A stretch of DNA of 64,000 nt. Source: Octopus bimaculoides. Lineage: Eukaryota. Every line of letters starts with the position of its first letter. The first letter of the stretch is position 1. The translations under genes and the position numbers were made by a program. Shown piece after piece: positions 37,200-50,340 of this stretch. The notes beneath the pieces were generated by a model. It saw only the letters and a program-made list of their open reading frames with translations, did no database searches and was not told the DNA's origin. The stretch is from the NCBI RefSeq assembly GCF_001194135.2, contig NC_068983.1:152339496-152403495 (forward strand). Reading direction: 5' to 3'.

Positions 37200-37950
37200 T
37201 ATGCCCTTCGTTAGCTCTGACACGTAACGGATTTGTAGAATTTACCTACAGTAGACGAGACAAAAGTCGTTCGGAAAAAAAAAAAAACAGCTAGTTCATT
37301 CTTGTCGAGGTTTGGAGTTTCCAAGAGAATGTCGTCAACTTGCCCTACTGCTATTTGACTATTGACTCCCAACCTACGGAAATTACCAACTGTAGAGAGG
37401 TTTGAGAGCTTGACAACATTGAAGGTGGCAAACACAAAACCATGGTCTTCATTCGACCCTAGACTACAACGTTACCATAGATGTGAGTTATGGAGAATGC
37501 CTGACAATGATCGACTACACTCACTTGTTCAGTCTGGATTTCTCTGAAGATGCTGCAGACATAAAATTTCCGTGCATCAATAACAATGGCATACCGAACT
37601 CTCTGCGTAGAGGATGTTGGACGTAGACGAGTCATTTGAGTAGTGTAACGTGTTTCTTCCACAAGAATCAGAATAGTGGGCGCACCAAACTAGCCTCAGG
37701 AAACGGGGAAAAAGCACAACTATCAGGCAGTAAATTATTATACAGATAATGTAGATATTAATCAACCCTGTCCAGAAGTTTAACCAATTCGTCGGTCCAG
37801 TGCTGTCTGATGGCATTGAATTGCCTCTACTTGTTCTGAGCTGCAACGTCTCCGACTTATCTAAGTTAATCTTTGCTTCTTACACACCTCATATTCTTTT
37901 ACGACGGAGCCACTAACTTCGACTTCCATGATGTTAGACCCCATTTCAGT
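37200..37950 (-). mobile_element. Degraded L1/Tx1-like LINE fragment
   Basis: Minus-strand EAKINLDKSETLQL..WLNFW resembles the post-RT GAKIN.DKS motif; many stops. Confidence 0.35.
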
Positions 37951-38049
37951 GGCGTAAGTAGGTGGGCGATACGAAAGAAGCCTACATTGAAATTTTGTCT
38001 TGATGTGTAGCGTCAAGGTCTCTGTTTTCATTGGGCAATAAGATTTAAT

Positions 38050-38820
38050 GAAAGTTTAGAGGCTGATTTAGTTCAGATAGAGAAGACATCCCTTTTGAGT
38101 AGTAACTAAACTCTCCTAGTAATTGTAGTTGCTTAGCATCTCTTCGTGTCAAGTAATCTTTCCAGGTCAGATTGCAGTAATTATTCTGTTTTGTATCCAA
38201 GGTAACAAATTGATGTTCGAATATGGAAGATATTTGTCATTTTCCAACTTGTGGTATTAAGTCTTTTAGTAAATGAAATAAATTGAGTCAAGTTCTCATC
38301 CTGACCCTCAATAGTTTTGCTAACGCCAATAATATCGCCAAGATAAGCGTGGAATTCTTTGATGTCTTTAAGAAGTGTTTACAGCATTTGTCACACCAAA
38401 TGATAAGAAGGCAAACTAAAATGAACATAGAAATCACTTTGAAATGCGGTTTATCCTTATCGTTATTGTGGAATCTAATGGTTTGCTCCTTTCAAGCCGT
38501 GCTTGCGGGATAATTTACTGAAGAGTATGGAACGTATATGATCTTCAATATTAGGAAATGGATTGACATGGAAAAAACAGAAGCGATTTATCATTTGTGA
38601 GCAGTTGATAAAGAGTTGTTTACTCTTGAGCTCGCCATGGAGAGGTTGAGGGCTCAATAAATCTATCACCAAGAATCCATTTAATCTCTTTCTTAAAAAA
38701 AAATCATTGAGTGGAGCAAAGCGACAAGATTGAGAAGTATTGGTTTGAATTCATTGTATACTGGAGTAAAAAAGTGATGTGTGAGTCACCAACATTGTAA
38801 GAAGTCGGCAATGGTAAGAG
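38050..38820 (-). mobile_element. Degraded Penelope-like reverse transcriptase remnant
   Basis: Ordered minus-strand traces TMLVTHTSLFYSSI, SMASSRV and YLGDIIGV...QFISFTKRLN resemble PLE RT motifs LVSFDVxSLFTSI, GxAMGSxxA and RYxDDI. Confidence 0.45.
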
Positions 38821-38859
38821 TTTTAAAGATTATCTAAGTTAAAATGTCTTTTTGTGTAA

Positions 38860-39947
38860 CCCGTTGGTGCGGCGGGATATTAAAACACCGAGAGTGGAGT
38901 GTAGGTGTGATTTACCTCAGGTATTTCATTTCCTTTTTTATTAGTTTTACAATTATCCATCAAGAGTTTCTGTACAATTTGTTTCTAAAAATACATTTTA
39001 ATCTTATAGAAATTGAAAAAGAAATGAAAAACTCTAAGGCAGGCAAACAAAAAGAGAAGGCATTTTATTTGGCAAACCATTTGATGCTTACTATCTAGGA
39101 CCTGTCACCGCTTGCATTCTCGTCCTCCTCGTCACCTTCACCATAGAAGTGAACACAAACCATAAATGTATGATCTAAACAGATGGGTTTCGAACACCTC
39201 TGACAGCTATTGTTCGTCTGTCGCGCCCTTTGATCTGGGGCACAATGAGTATCTTTATTGAGAATTTTCACAACAAAGTAATCATAATTATATATTATGA
39301 ATACAATAACAACACAAATGCATATTATGTTGTCTATACCACCACTGAACCTTAGGACACACATATAAGATAATAAAGGAAATATATGCTTTAAAATTAC
39401 CCAGCCCCGGGCCGACCAAAGCCTTGTGAGTGGATTTGGTAGATGGAAACTGAAAGAAGCCTGTCGTATATATGTATATATATATGTATGCGTGTGTGTG
39501 TGTATGTTTGTGTATCTGTGTTTGTCCCCCCCCCCCAACATCGCTTGACGACCGATGCTGGTGTGTTTACGTCCTCGTAACTTAGCGGTTCGGCAATAGA
39601 GTCCGTTAGAATAAGTACTAGGTTTACAAAGAATAAGTACTGGGGTCGATTAGCTCGACTAAAAAAAACAAAAGGCGGTGCTCCAGCATGGCCACAGTCA
39701 AAATGATTGAAACAAGTAAAAGAGTAAAAGAACGGTGCAGAGGGGTTTGCTACATTCCGAGGTGAAATCACTGTACGTATACTCCTTCCCTTTACCAACA
39801 ACAGATTGAGCAACGTGATGTGTCAACTCAGTGACCATTTGGCAGGAAATTACTTGGGAAGATACTGGTTTTATTGCTATCAGACGTATGATATTTGTAA
39901 AGAAACATCACTTGGGGTAAGCCACACCCCACTGCACCAACGGAGGG
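38860..39947 (-). mobile_element. piggyBac deletion derivative retaining the C-terminal Cys-rich domain, with a family B SINE inside
   Basis: Ends gtaa|CCCGTTGGTGCGGCGGG and CCCCACTGCACCAACGGAGGG|ttaa; minus frame HCAPDQRARQTNNSCQRCSKPICLDHTFMVCVHF matches the piggyBac CRD spacing. Confidence 0.7.
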
Positions 39948-40876
39948 TTAAGGAAGTCATGTACCCAGCATTACAGGGGTAAAACGAAAATCAGTTAAAT
40001 TCACATTTTTATAAAATGAAATGTTAAAACCAAACTCGGATGGACATTTGAAATAGAGAAAGATGATGAATAAATGTCTGTTGAAATTTAGTTGAGAGAC
40101 TGGGAGTGAGAGATTCTTCTTGACCGCATTATTTATGGCATTTGAAGAACTAACGAACAGAACAAAACATCAATACATTGGCTAACCATATATACAGTGA
40201 TGGTAGTTTTACTTAGTGGGTTTAACTGATGAACTTTTGTCTTAGTGAGGATTGTAGATATTGATGTTGTGGCTGGCTATTTTGCAACTATAGCCCTGGT
40301 ACAACACTTACTGGACAATTATAGTTGCCATGACAGGGGAGCCAAAAATAACATCAATAAGTTGATCTATTCACGATTACAACTATATGCTCATTGCTAC
40401 GAAAGCCGAACCCCAGTCTTGCTACAGTTCCAGATAGAGTATTGAAGGGGAGGAAAGGCCATTAGTAAGTCATTGGATTCTTCAGAGCAGCTTACGTTTC
40501 ACTGATTATTTGCTTCAAATTTAAGGAGACTTTGTCATGTATTGTCCGAGGACGCTCCAGAAATATAAATATTTCTAACGTTATCCATTCGATATGCGTC
40601 AGCAGTTTAGTCTTGAAATATATAGTATCTGGTTTGGTTGTGCAGAGCTGCATAGATATAATTCAATGTCTCCGCATGGTCCTTGGTTTGTGATCGCGAC
40701 TGAAATCTACTAACTACTGTGTTCTGCTGTTTAAGATTCGCATAATATATGTGTCTGTATGTACAAGTATATACAGGCATACATTCACACACACCAACAC
40801 ACGCACACGCATACATATACGTATGTGTGCGTGCGCACGCGTGCGTGGCAGAGAGAGAGATAGAGAGAGAGAGAGA

Positions 40877-40928
<52 letters not shown>

Positions 40929-42169
40929 AAGAGAGACAGAGAAAAGCTGGGGGCAAAAGTACGAAACTAGACAGGGCTTGAAATATTAGTTGTTACGCAG
41001 NNNNNNNNNNNNNNNNNNNNNNNNNNNNNNNNNNNNNNNNNNNNNNNNNNNNNNNNNNNNNNNNNNNNNNNNNNNNNNNNNNNNNNNNNNNNNNNNNNNN
41101 NNNNNNNNNNNNNNNNNNNNNNNNNNNNNNNNNNNNNNNNNNNNNNNNNNNNNNNNNNNNNNNNNNNNNNNNNNNNNNNNNNNNNNNNNNNNNNNNNNNN
41201 NNNNNNNNNNNNNNNNNNNNNNNNNNNNNNNNNNNNNNNNNNNNNNNNNNNNNNNNNNNNNNNNNNNNNNNNNNNNNNNNNNNNNNNNNNNNNNNNNNNN
41301 NNNNNNNNNNNNNNNNNNNNNNNNNNNNNNNNNNNNNNNNNNNNNNNNNNNNNNNNNNNNNNNNNNNNNNNNNNNNNNNNNNNNNNNNNNNNNNNNNNNN
41401 NNNNNNNNNNNNNNNNNNNNNNNNNNNNNNNNNNNNNNNNNNNNNNNNNNNNNNNNNNNNNNNNNNNNNNNNNNNNNNNNNNNNNNNNNNNNNNNNNNNN
41501 NNNNNNNNNNNNNNNNNNNNNNNNNNNNNNNNNNNNNNNNNNNNNNNNNNNNNNNNNNNNNNNNNNNNNNNNNNNNNNNNNNNNNNNAAATTGTTAAAAA
41601 TCAACTGACCACGTATAATGTCCCTTAATTGTGGGCCAAAACGCCTGAAGGTGAAGACGTACTGACCTCCCAAAATAACATGACGATCAAACGCTCACAC
41701 AAACGGAAACACCCTCTTATATACAAATATAAATGCAAACATAGTTAATTGAATGGTATTTGGAATAGAGTGTTTTCTGCAGATACATTAAATACATGCC
41801 CATACATACACATAAAATATTAATTTCAAATTTTGGTACAATGCCAGCAACTTAGGGGGAGGGGGTAAGTCGATTACATCGACCACAGTGTTGAAATAGT
41901 ACGTGTTTTATCGATCCCGGAATGAGGAAAAGCAAAATCGACCTCGGCGGAATTTGAACTCGGAATCTAGAGAAAGACGAAATACTGCTTAGCATTTTGC
42001 CCGGCGTGCTAACGATTCTACCAGCTCGCATACACGCATATATAAGTGTGTACCTATAGTAACGAAGCTAAAGCATGCAGAGTGAAGCGAATTGGCAAAG
42101 ATTGACCTTGGCGTCTGCGCTGCATGCGCACTAAGTTTTAACGCTCTAGCTCACTTCTGCTGCTTAGAG

Positions 42170-42660
42170 CAGTGCTTGGAAAGAAAGTGTGTAACGTGTG
42201 ATCGTTGCATTGGCCTTGACAGAGAAAATTGTCATGACGATACCTGCTCAGAGGTCTACGCAAGTTTACAGAAAGTGTATGGAGAGTGTATGAGCCGCAC
42301 ACGGGTGTAGTAGTGGTTCAGACGTTTCCAAGATCGCTGAAAAAATGGCAATATTGTCTGGGAGACCCGCAACCCGCAGAACCGAGAAAAACATCGCAAA
42401 TGTGTGTGCAGCTGTGAGGGGAAATTGTCGATTCATCATCTGTGAGTTATCAGAGGATGTGCAGATTGGTTACAGTTGTTCAGTTCAGTACATTATCACT
42501 GAAGATCTGGGTATGAGACGCCTGTTTGCCAAGTTTGGGACAAAACTGCTTTCAGCTGATCAAAAAAGTCACTCAGGTTTCAGTTGCATAAGATCTCTTT
42601 GAGTGTGTCAAGAACGACGAAAAATTTCGAAAACTTTGCGTAGGCTTCTGAGCAGGTATC
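42170..42660 (+). mobile_element. Degraded mariner transposase N-terminal (HTH) fragment
   Basis: EVYASLQKVYGECMSRTRV..WFRRFQD, SGRPATRRTEKNIANV, ITEDLGMRRLFAKF..KLLSADQK. Confidence 0.75.
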
Positions 42661-43047
42661 GCCAAAATTAATTGCGTAGTAAGAAGCTTGCTTCCCAATG
42701 ATGTGGCCTTCGGTTCAGTCCCACTGTGCGGCACCTTGGTCAAAAGCTTTCTATTACAGCTTCAGGCCGCTCAAAGCCTTGTGAATGGATTTGGTTGATG
42801 AAAACTGAAAGAAGCCCGTCGTATGTTGACAGTTTTCGAAATTTTCTAACCCCAAAAGNNNNNNNNNNNNNNNNNNNNNNNNNNNNNNNNNNNNNNNNNN
42901 NNNNNNNNNNNNNNNNNNNNNNNNNNNNNNNNNNNNNNNNNNNNNNNNNNNNNNNNNNNNNNNNNNNNNNNNNNNNNNNNNNNNNNNNNNNNNNNNNNNN
43001 NNNNNNNNNNNNNNNNNNNNNNNNNNNNNNNNNNNNNNNNNNNNNNN

Positions 43048-43082
<35 letters not shown>

Positions 43083-44096
43083 TGTGTATGCGTGTGTGCG
43101 TGTTTGTATTTGTCTCCTACTGCCATTTAACAACTGGTATTACTTTGTTTACGTACCCGTAGCCTAGCAATTCGATAAAAGAGACCGAAAGGTTAAGTAT
43201 TGCTTAACAAGTTCTGGGTTCGATTTGTTCGACTGAACAGTTCAAGGCGGCACCCCAGCACGGTCGCTGTCCAATAGCTGAAACAAGGAAAAGATAAAAG
43301 ACAGGCTAACCGTACAAACATATTGTTTTTGCCGACGCAGATTGGTTAAACACAATTGCCAAAGTAGTTACTCTAATTACAACACAATTTCGTTTCCTCT
43401 CGCAGTTGTCAGAAAAGGAAATCAATCCAACTAATTTCAAGTTTTATCGAACTCACATCAGATATCGTTTACTCCTTTTCTGTTCATAGAGAGAATAGCT
43501 TAAAAGACATAAATACATAATAGCTGTAAGTATAAACTCAGCACTAAATTGGTCTTCTTAATGTGCACAACGGTGCAGGTGTCGTGAAAATTAGACAGAG
43601 CAATTTCGTTCTGTCTGTGCATATTACAAATAGCTGTAAGCTATTATTCTTTCTATGGGCAGAAAAGGTATTAATGAATCAATGAAGTGTGTCCTTGCTA
43701 TAGTAATGACACAATTCGTAAATTCCTACGTTATTAATATAAATATAGATGCATGATAAACAGACGGGCGTCTATCTTTAATAAACATGTTTAACCTAGC
43801 TAGGAAAATACGAAAATTAAACACCAGTGTTATTTAATTTTTCAAGATACTTTCTATCTAAAGTTGCAGCGAGAGCTAGATATGTATGTGTGTGTGTGTG
43901 TGTATGTGTGTGTGTGTGTGTGTGAGTGTGTGTGTGTGTGTGTATGTATGTATATAGTTACTCACACACACACGCACACACGCACGCACACACACACACA
44001 CACGCACACACACACACACACACACGTACTTTTCTTCAACCTCTTTAATTCTCTATATCATTTGTATTCTTTGTAAGTCGGACCATTTTGTGTGTA

Positions 44097-44983
44097 CGAC
44101 GGGGTACCCAAAAGTAAGCAGAAACGTTCTCGGTTGGACAAATTCGTTGTAGTTCATGTTTCCGCCGCTGCCAGCTACTGGATCCAACGTTCAGGTATCA
44201 GTCAGCCGACTGTCGTTGCCCTGTGGGGGGTCATGCTGCCACACTGTCTTTGTTTTGCAGTGCTTCTTCCCTGTTCGTCGATTATTGCGATGGTCGAAAC
44301 GAAGAAACAGCGTCCTTCCGCGAAATTTTGCTTTCTGCTGCGAAAAACGGCGGCCAAAACAGTTGTCATGCTTCAAACGGCTTGCAAGGTCGCTGTTATG
44401 AGCAAGACACCAGTTTCCGAGTAGTTTTCATGCTTTAGGAATGGTCACTTGTCTCTTGAGTACCAAATCTCGTTCAGGGCAACCGTCGACCACCCGAACG
44501 AATGAAAACATCACGAAAATTCATGAGCAGATCTGATGAATTTGTTGATATGACTGGTGCGTCCTGGAGTTCCTACCAACGAATTTCGAGCGATGAATTC
44601 CGAATGAAAAATGTTGCAGTAAATATTTGTGCCTCGCTTGCTCGCGGAAGATCAAAAGGTGTCATGAATGAATGCGTGTCGTGAACTGAAAGAACAGTTG
44701 GAAGTTGATCCGGACCTTTTTTTTTTCGAAGGTCATCACTGATGACGAAAACTGGTGCTGCAGAATTTGTAGATGTGGGGGAGGTGAAGATAAAAACGAC
44801 GGAAGCATTAAAAGGCGTCACTTCGTAAGAGTTCTAGCACTACTTCGAGCAGTGGAAGACGCGTCTGAACCGATGCATTGCTTCAAATGGAGAATACTTT
44901 GAAGACGGTAAGAGTGCAAACATGTAAAACTAAGTGAGTAAAATATTATTGCAAAATTCCGGTTTCTTTTGGGTAGCCCTTCG
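44097..44983 (+). mobile_element. 887-bp internally deleted mariner element
   Basis: TIRs CGA.GGG.TACCCAAAAG.AA.C.GAA with TA TSDs (44095, 44984); frameshifted HTH region, FSKVITDDENW, then a jump to EQWKTRLNRCIASNGEYFE. Confidence 0.85.
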
Positions 44984-46949
44984 TATATACGTTTACAAAA
45001 ACAGACATTCATACACATTAATATTTTCGTTAATATAAAATTATTTATAAATGAAGTTGGACATTAAATTGAAAGATCGCTCAATACTTTTCAATTGCCT
45101 ACTATATTATGATTGAAATAAGTAAAAGAGTAAAGAGAGAGATCACCACTATAAGCAGTTGCTTATGAGGAATAGTTTTTTTTTTCGAGAGATGGTCATT
45201 TCTTCAATTAATTCAATGATTATATTATTTCAATAAACGCTGGCAGAATTGTTAGCATGCTGGGGAAAATGCTTAGCGGCATTTCGTCCGTCTCTATGTT
45301 CTGAGTTCAAATACCCCCGGGGTCGACTTTGCTTTTAATCCTTTCGGGACCCATGAAATTATCAGTTGAGTACTGGGGTCGATGTAATCGACTTACTCCT
45401 TCCCCATAATTGCTGGCCTTGTGCCAAAATACGAAACCACTATTACTTTAATAAACCAGATCATTCCTTGGTGATGGTTCATATTTTTAAACAGTTGCTT
45501 GCTACTGCATCAGTATCTACCCCCTCTTCCCTATTTTCCTATGGAACGGTTAATTTTTTGAGGACGTGTAATCCTTCGAAGTTGAATCCTCGAGAATTGT
45601 CACGTGTTTGCTGAATGTTGTTTCGTTAGTTTATTTTATATTTTTATGTTTACAAACGAAAGAAGGGGGGCGGGAAGATTGACAGAATGGATTTTAGTGA
45701 CTTTCCTTGGAATTCTCCGCTTCAACCTCGTTATGATTGTTGTTAACTTTCATCCTTCTAGAATTGATCAATTAATGTACCAGCCAACCATTCACCGGAA
45801 CAATTTTTATCGACTTCGCATCACCTCTTAAATTTGTGGTATTGCTTCTATATTAAAAGTCATCACTGCGCCGATAAAGAAGAGCAATAATTGGCCGAAC
45901 CAGTAGAGCATTGGTTAAATATACTTTGTCTTTCTGAGTTCTAATCTCGCCTGAGTCTTTTAAAAAATTATTTTCCATAGATACTGCTCATGCACTGGTA
46001 CTGTTCTAATTGATATTGCGATTACTCTAAATTTCTAACGTTGTTCTTAAGTTTAAATATCATGGTAAAGGGGGGGGGTAGTAGTAAATGACAGAATCGG
46101 TGGAGTACTGACAGTATGTCGTGTGATATTTAGTTACGTTCTTTTTCTATTTAAAGTTCAAATCCCAGCGGAACCAACATTGGCTTTCTTCCTTCTGGAA
46201 TTAATGAAATAAGAGCTACTCAAGTACTGGCAATCGATTTAAGACTATATTATCTCCCCCTCATCAATTTGTGGCCTTGTGCCAATGTAAGAAATCATTA
46301 TAATTTTGTTGTGAGGAAAAGAGAGAAGATGCGGGATAAAGAAAACGAAAGAGAAAAGGGGGTGAGAAGGGAGAACATCAGAAAGAGGAGAAAAGGGAGA
46401 GAGAAAGAGATAGAGAGAGAGAGAGAGAGTAAAAGAATATTGATTTTTGTGTCGTCTATGCTAAAGGGCCAATTTTTGGAGGGGATATTTACGTGTATAG
46501 AAGTTTGAATCGAGTCCAGTATAATACTTGATTCGCGTTTCTGATGAAGAGTTCCTTCACCACCACCACTAGCACCACCACTAGCATCACCACCACAACC
46601 AGCACCAGCACCACCAGTACAACTACTACCAAGAACAACGACATTTCCCATTTTGAATCTAGAGGTTGTTGTGCGAAGGAAGTTTAGCCTCTATTTCTAG
46701 CATGTTGAGTGACCTCAAAGAAACTTTCAATAAGCATGTGTATTGTATGTGTAGAGTAGTTGAAATGATATAGTAGTGTATTACACTGCAGTGGTGTAAG
46801 CTGCTGTTATTCCAACCGTGACCACCTCGTTTACTTTAAGATACAGTGTGTGCATTATTAAAACATAGAGTGAAATTTGAAGGAAATTTAGTTCTTTTGC
46901 TGGTTGTATCGAAGTGTAGTCTAGTGGAGTATAGCATCATATACGTTGT

Positions 46950-46987
46950 AGTACAATGCAGTAGTAGTAGTAGTAGTAGTACAATGC

Positions 46988-47054
<67 letters not shown>

Positions 47055-47082
47055 CGTAGTAGTAGTAGTAGTAGTACAATGC

Positions 47083-47135
<53 letters not shown>

Positions 47136-47174
47136 CAGAAGCAGCAATTCTGGTAGTAACAGCTGCAGTAGTAA

Positions 47175-47258
<84 letters not shown>

Positions 47259-47352
47259 CAACAGCAGCACGGACAGAAGTATTAATAGTAAGAGTAGTAG
47301 CAGCAACAGCAGCAGTAGTAGTAGTAGTAGTAGTAGTAGCAGCAGCAGCAAC
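46950..47352. repeat. Compound (TAG)n/(TAT)n/(CAG)n microsatellite
   Basis: Directly visible; source of the poly-L/I/Y ORF. Confidence 0.95.
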
Positions 47353-47647
47353 TGCATATCCTTTGCTAAAGCAGATTTGTTTTCAAATGTCTGTCAGTCA
47401 TGATTATTCTATTGTTTTGGTTTAGTCCATGTGTATCCAGTGCTAAGTTACTTAATGTGTCCTACCTGTTTTAAAGCGACGGAGGAAAATTTTAAGAAAA
47501 TTCAGCTGTTACTTCTTGCAGGTCAAGCTACCATATAGCGACTCTCTTGTTGGGCCATGAATTATTCCACCGCTGTTGTTTTAGTCCCAGATCAGATCTG
47601 GTTCAGTCGAGCTTCGATCAAAATATTCAAGCTATGAGCATCTAGTC

Positions 47648-48006
47648 CGGTGGTTCTCAACCGAAGTCCATATAAAATATTTTGGGGTCCACGCAAGCAA
47701 AATAGTCAATGGGAACCACAGTAGTGATTTAAGGGTCCGTAAAAATGTTTTGTTTTAGATGTGTTTGTTGCAAGAAACAGCAAGGTTTCTTTCTTCGACG
47801 CTTAAGAAAGTACAACCTGTTTTAGTATTGTTCTCCAAAAGAGTACTACAGCAAACCTACGCAAGTGAATGAATGAAAAACAAAGTAAGAATTTTGAAAG
47901 ATGTATCTATAAAACTGGTGTTTAAATGTTGAATGGCTACGGGGTCCACCAGGATAATTTAGTCATCAAAGGGGTCCATACATTAAAAAATGGTTGAGAA
48001 CCACTG
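47648..48006. mobile_element. hAT (Charlie-type) MITE, 359 bp
   Basis: TIRs C(G/A)GTGGTTCTCAACC; 8-bp TSD ATCTAGTC / ATCTAGCC (7/8), fitting the nTCTAGAn Charlie target. Confidence 0.85.
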
Positions 48007-48948
48007 ATCTAGCCTTTCTGTATACCGAGCATTACATAGGCTTATGGACCCTTCCTTTTTTAAAGAAATTATGGTGGGATTTGGAAATAATCTGGCTGTT
48101 ATTTCTTACAATTTGAGCGACCATGCAGTGACTCTATCGTTGGCATAATCTCTACAGAATTTTCACCTGTATGTATAAGTGTAACTTATTTTTCTTCATA
48201 CGATGACAATTTATCTGTTTGCATACGTTCAACTTTACGGCAAAACCCCCAATGATGCAAAAAACATGAAAATATCGAGGCATATTTTCAGAAATACATT
48301 CGTTTATCTGTCGCTAATTAATAATTGATATTTTAAATGTTCCATGTTTTAATTCTATGTTTTCCTAATGCCCTCAAGCTTGATGCTTGAAATTACAGTT
48401 GATTTATAATACTAGCTTCATCCGACAAAATTATTCTTTTCTTTGGTGAATAGGAAAATAAAAGAAAAATGTATATAATTAATGTCTTTGTGATCTAACC
48501 TTTTAAATTTCCTATGCAGTATAATCTAGCCTCCATTTGGCTTAAACCATTGTTCAGCGACAATTAAGCAGGAAAATTATATTAATAATATTTATTGACT
48601 ATCAATTTTTATTTCCGGGCACTGTGTATTTAGTACGATGTTGTCCAATTTACTTTCTTATAAGATAGTAGAGTGTTATGTAGAGAGATTTCCTGTTTTA
48701 TTAGAGGTCGAGTGTCTACGGGCCGGCTCCTTCGTTGACTCTTTTCGTTGTCTTGTACAGTGTAGGGCAGTGAATACAGTGTATAACAGAAATATTGTCG
48801 AGGTAATCTGCAATGTAATGCAACGAACCATAATAGCGTGCCAAGAGAAGAATGTAGTGTGGTGTAACACATCAATTTTGTACAATGTATCCAAATATTT
48901 TAGATGAAATGTGGAATAGTATGAAGTTGTGGAGTGGAGGTATACGAA

Positions 48949-49122
48949 GTATTAGTCGTAGTGTTGAATTTTGTGATGTATTAGTCGGAACTTAGGAGTG
49001 TATGATATGTTTGTTGCAGTTTGGAATTGTTTTATGTATTAGTCACAGTTTGGAATTGTATGATGTGTTAGTTGCAGCTAAGAAGTGTATGATGTGGCGC
49101 GTGTAGTTTAGAAGTGTATGAG
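48949..49122. repeat. Degenerate 29-bp minisatellite, about 6 units
   Basis: Units such as gtattagtcacagtttggaattgtatgat and gtgttagttgcagctaagaagtgtatgat in exact 29-nt register. Confidence 0.7.
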
Positions 49123-49779
49123 GTATACTACTATAGTTTAGTAGAATGCAATATTGTAGAGGAGAGAGTAGTTATAGTTGTTGTTTAGAATTAAGTCGAC
49201 CCAGATCGAACGGACATAAGATAAAAGACTTTCAAGTCCTGACAATAGCGTAGAGGTATCTAGGATTACATTACTTTCTATTTTAATACGATAGAGCGTG
49301 ATTTGAGAGAGATTAGACTGCTATTTCTAGCAGGTCGTACAGCAGCGTAGAGGCTTCTTTGTTGCCTTTTTGAACGTTACAGAATTTTGTTTTGTGGAAT
49401 AATGCTTCAAGTGGTGTCGGTATTTGTAGACTGTGAACTAATATATCAGTAGATGCTTCAATGTCACGATTTGTTTCTATAGTTCAATATTTCAATATAA
49501 GCTGTTTGGTTTGATCATTTTGTACGAATTTGATCTTTTTGGCGGCGCTGCATGAAGTTTAAAACATCGATTGGCTGCTGTGGAATAGTTCCAATGTCTT
49601 TATATTTCAAATAGATGTCTTATAGGTGTCAAAGCGACAGCACATTTTCCTGTTTCCGTATTAATTGTATTATTTTCTTTCTTTCAAACAAGTTTTAATT
49701 CTCCATTCTGACATCACGTGAATACTGGAAAGTTGATAAAGTATTGTATCGAAAGTTGTGTAACATATCGATCCTTTCA

Positions 49780-50340
49780 ACAGATAGTTTCACAACTTAT
49801 TTTCTTGTTATATAAGGAAAAACCTGCATTTGAAAAGTTTTGTCACCTTCCTCTTTCGAGGTTTCAAAAATAGATCAGCTAAGCCCAAAAATAGAATGCT
49901 GTTCCTATATACTAGGCTTTATCGAAAAGAAAATTCTCCAGCTGATTAGTAAAAAACTTACCGACATACTACAATCTTTTGCACTCGAATGGTTTCTCCT
50001 AAACCTCCCTATTCTTTTCTATTAGTACTAAAATGGCATGGTTTTCTCAGAAGTAGCTAATTGCATGCCAACTCCACCCAGACACAATCGCACATCCGAC
50101 AGAATCAACGTTCCTTACGTTACTCATTTTTTATCTTACCAACTTTCAGCCAGAACTTGCACAAACCGTTATACTGAATCCTGCTTACCCAATATGTTAT
50201 TCCACTGGAAGTCCTTTTCTGCCTCCGTTTTTCCTGCTGATATCGACTTACAGACGCTTAGATTAAACATTAACCGCATTAATCTCACGAATGTGGGAGA
50301 TCAGCAAAGGCTACAGACGCAGCTTTTCCTTCCTCACTAA
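49780..50340 (+). mobile_element. Degraded CR1/L2-group LINE 3' end
   Basis: RTNRYTESCLPNMLFHWKSFSASVFPADIDLQTLRLNINRINL resembles the CR1-group C-terminus (RT..Y..SF.P....WNSLP..VFP...DLQ.FK). Confidence 0.45.

Noticed and set aside
46535-46560. GTTT-CTGATGA-A-GAG half-hammerhead
   Set aside because: No helix II partner, GAAA or cleavage site; runs into (CAC)n. At most a truncated relic.
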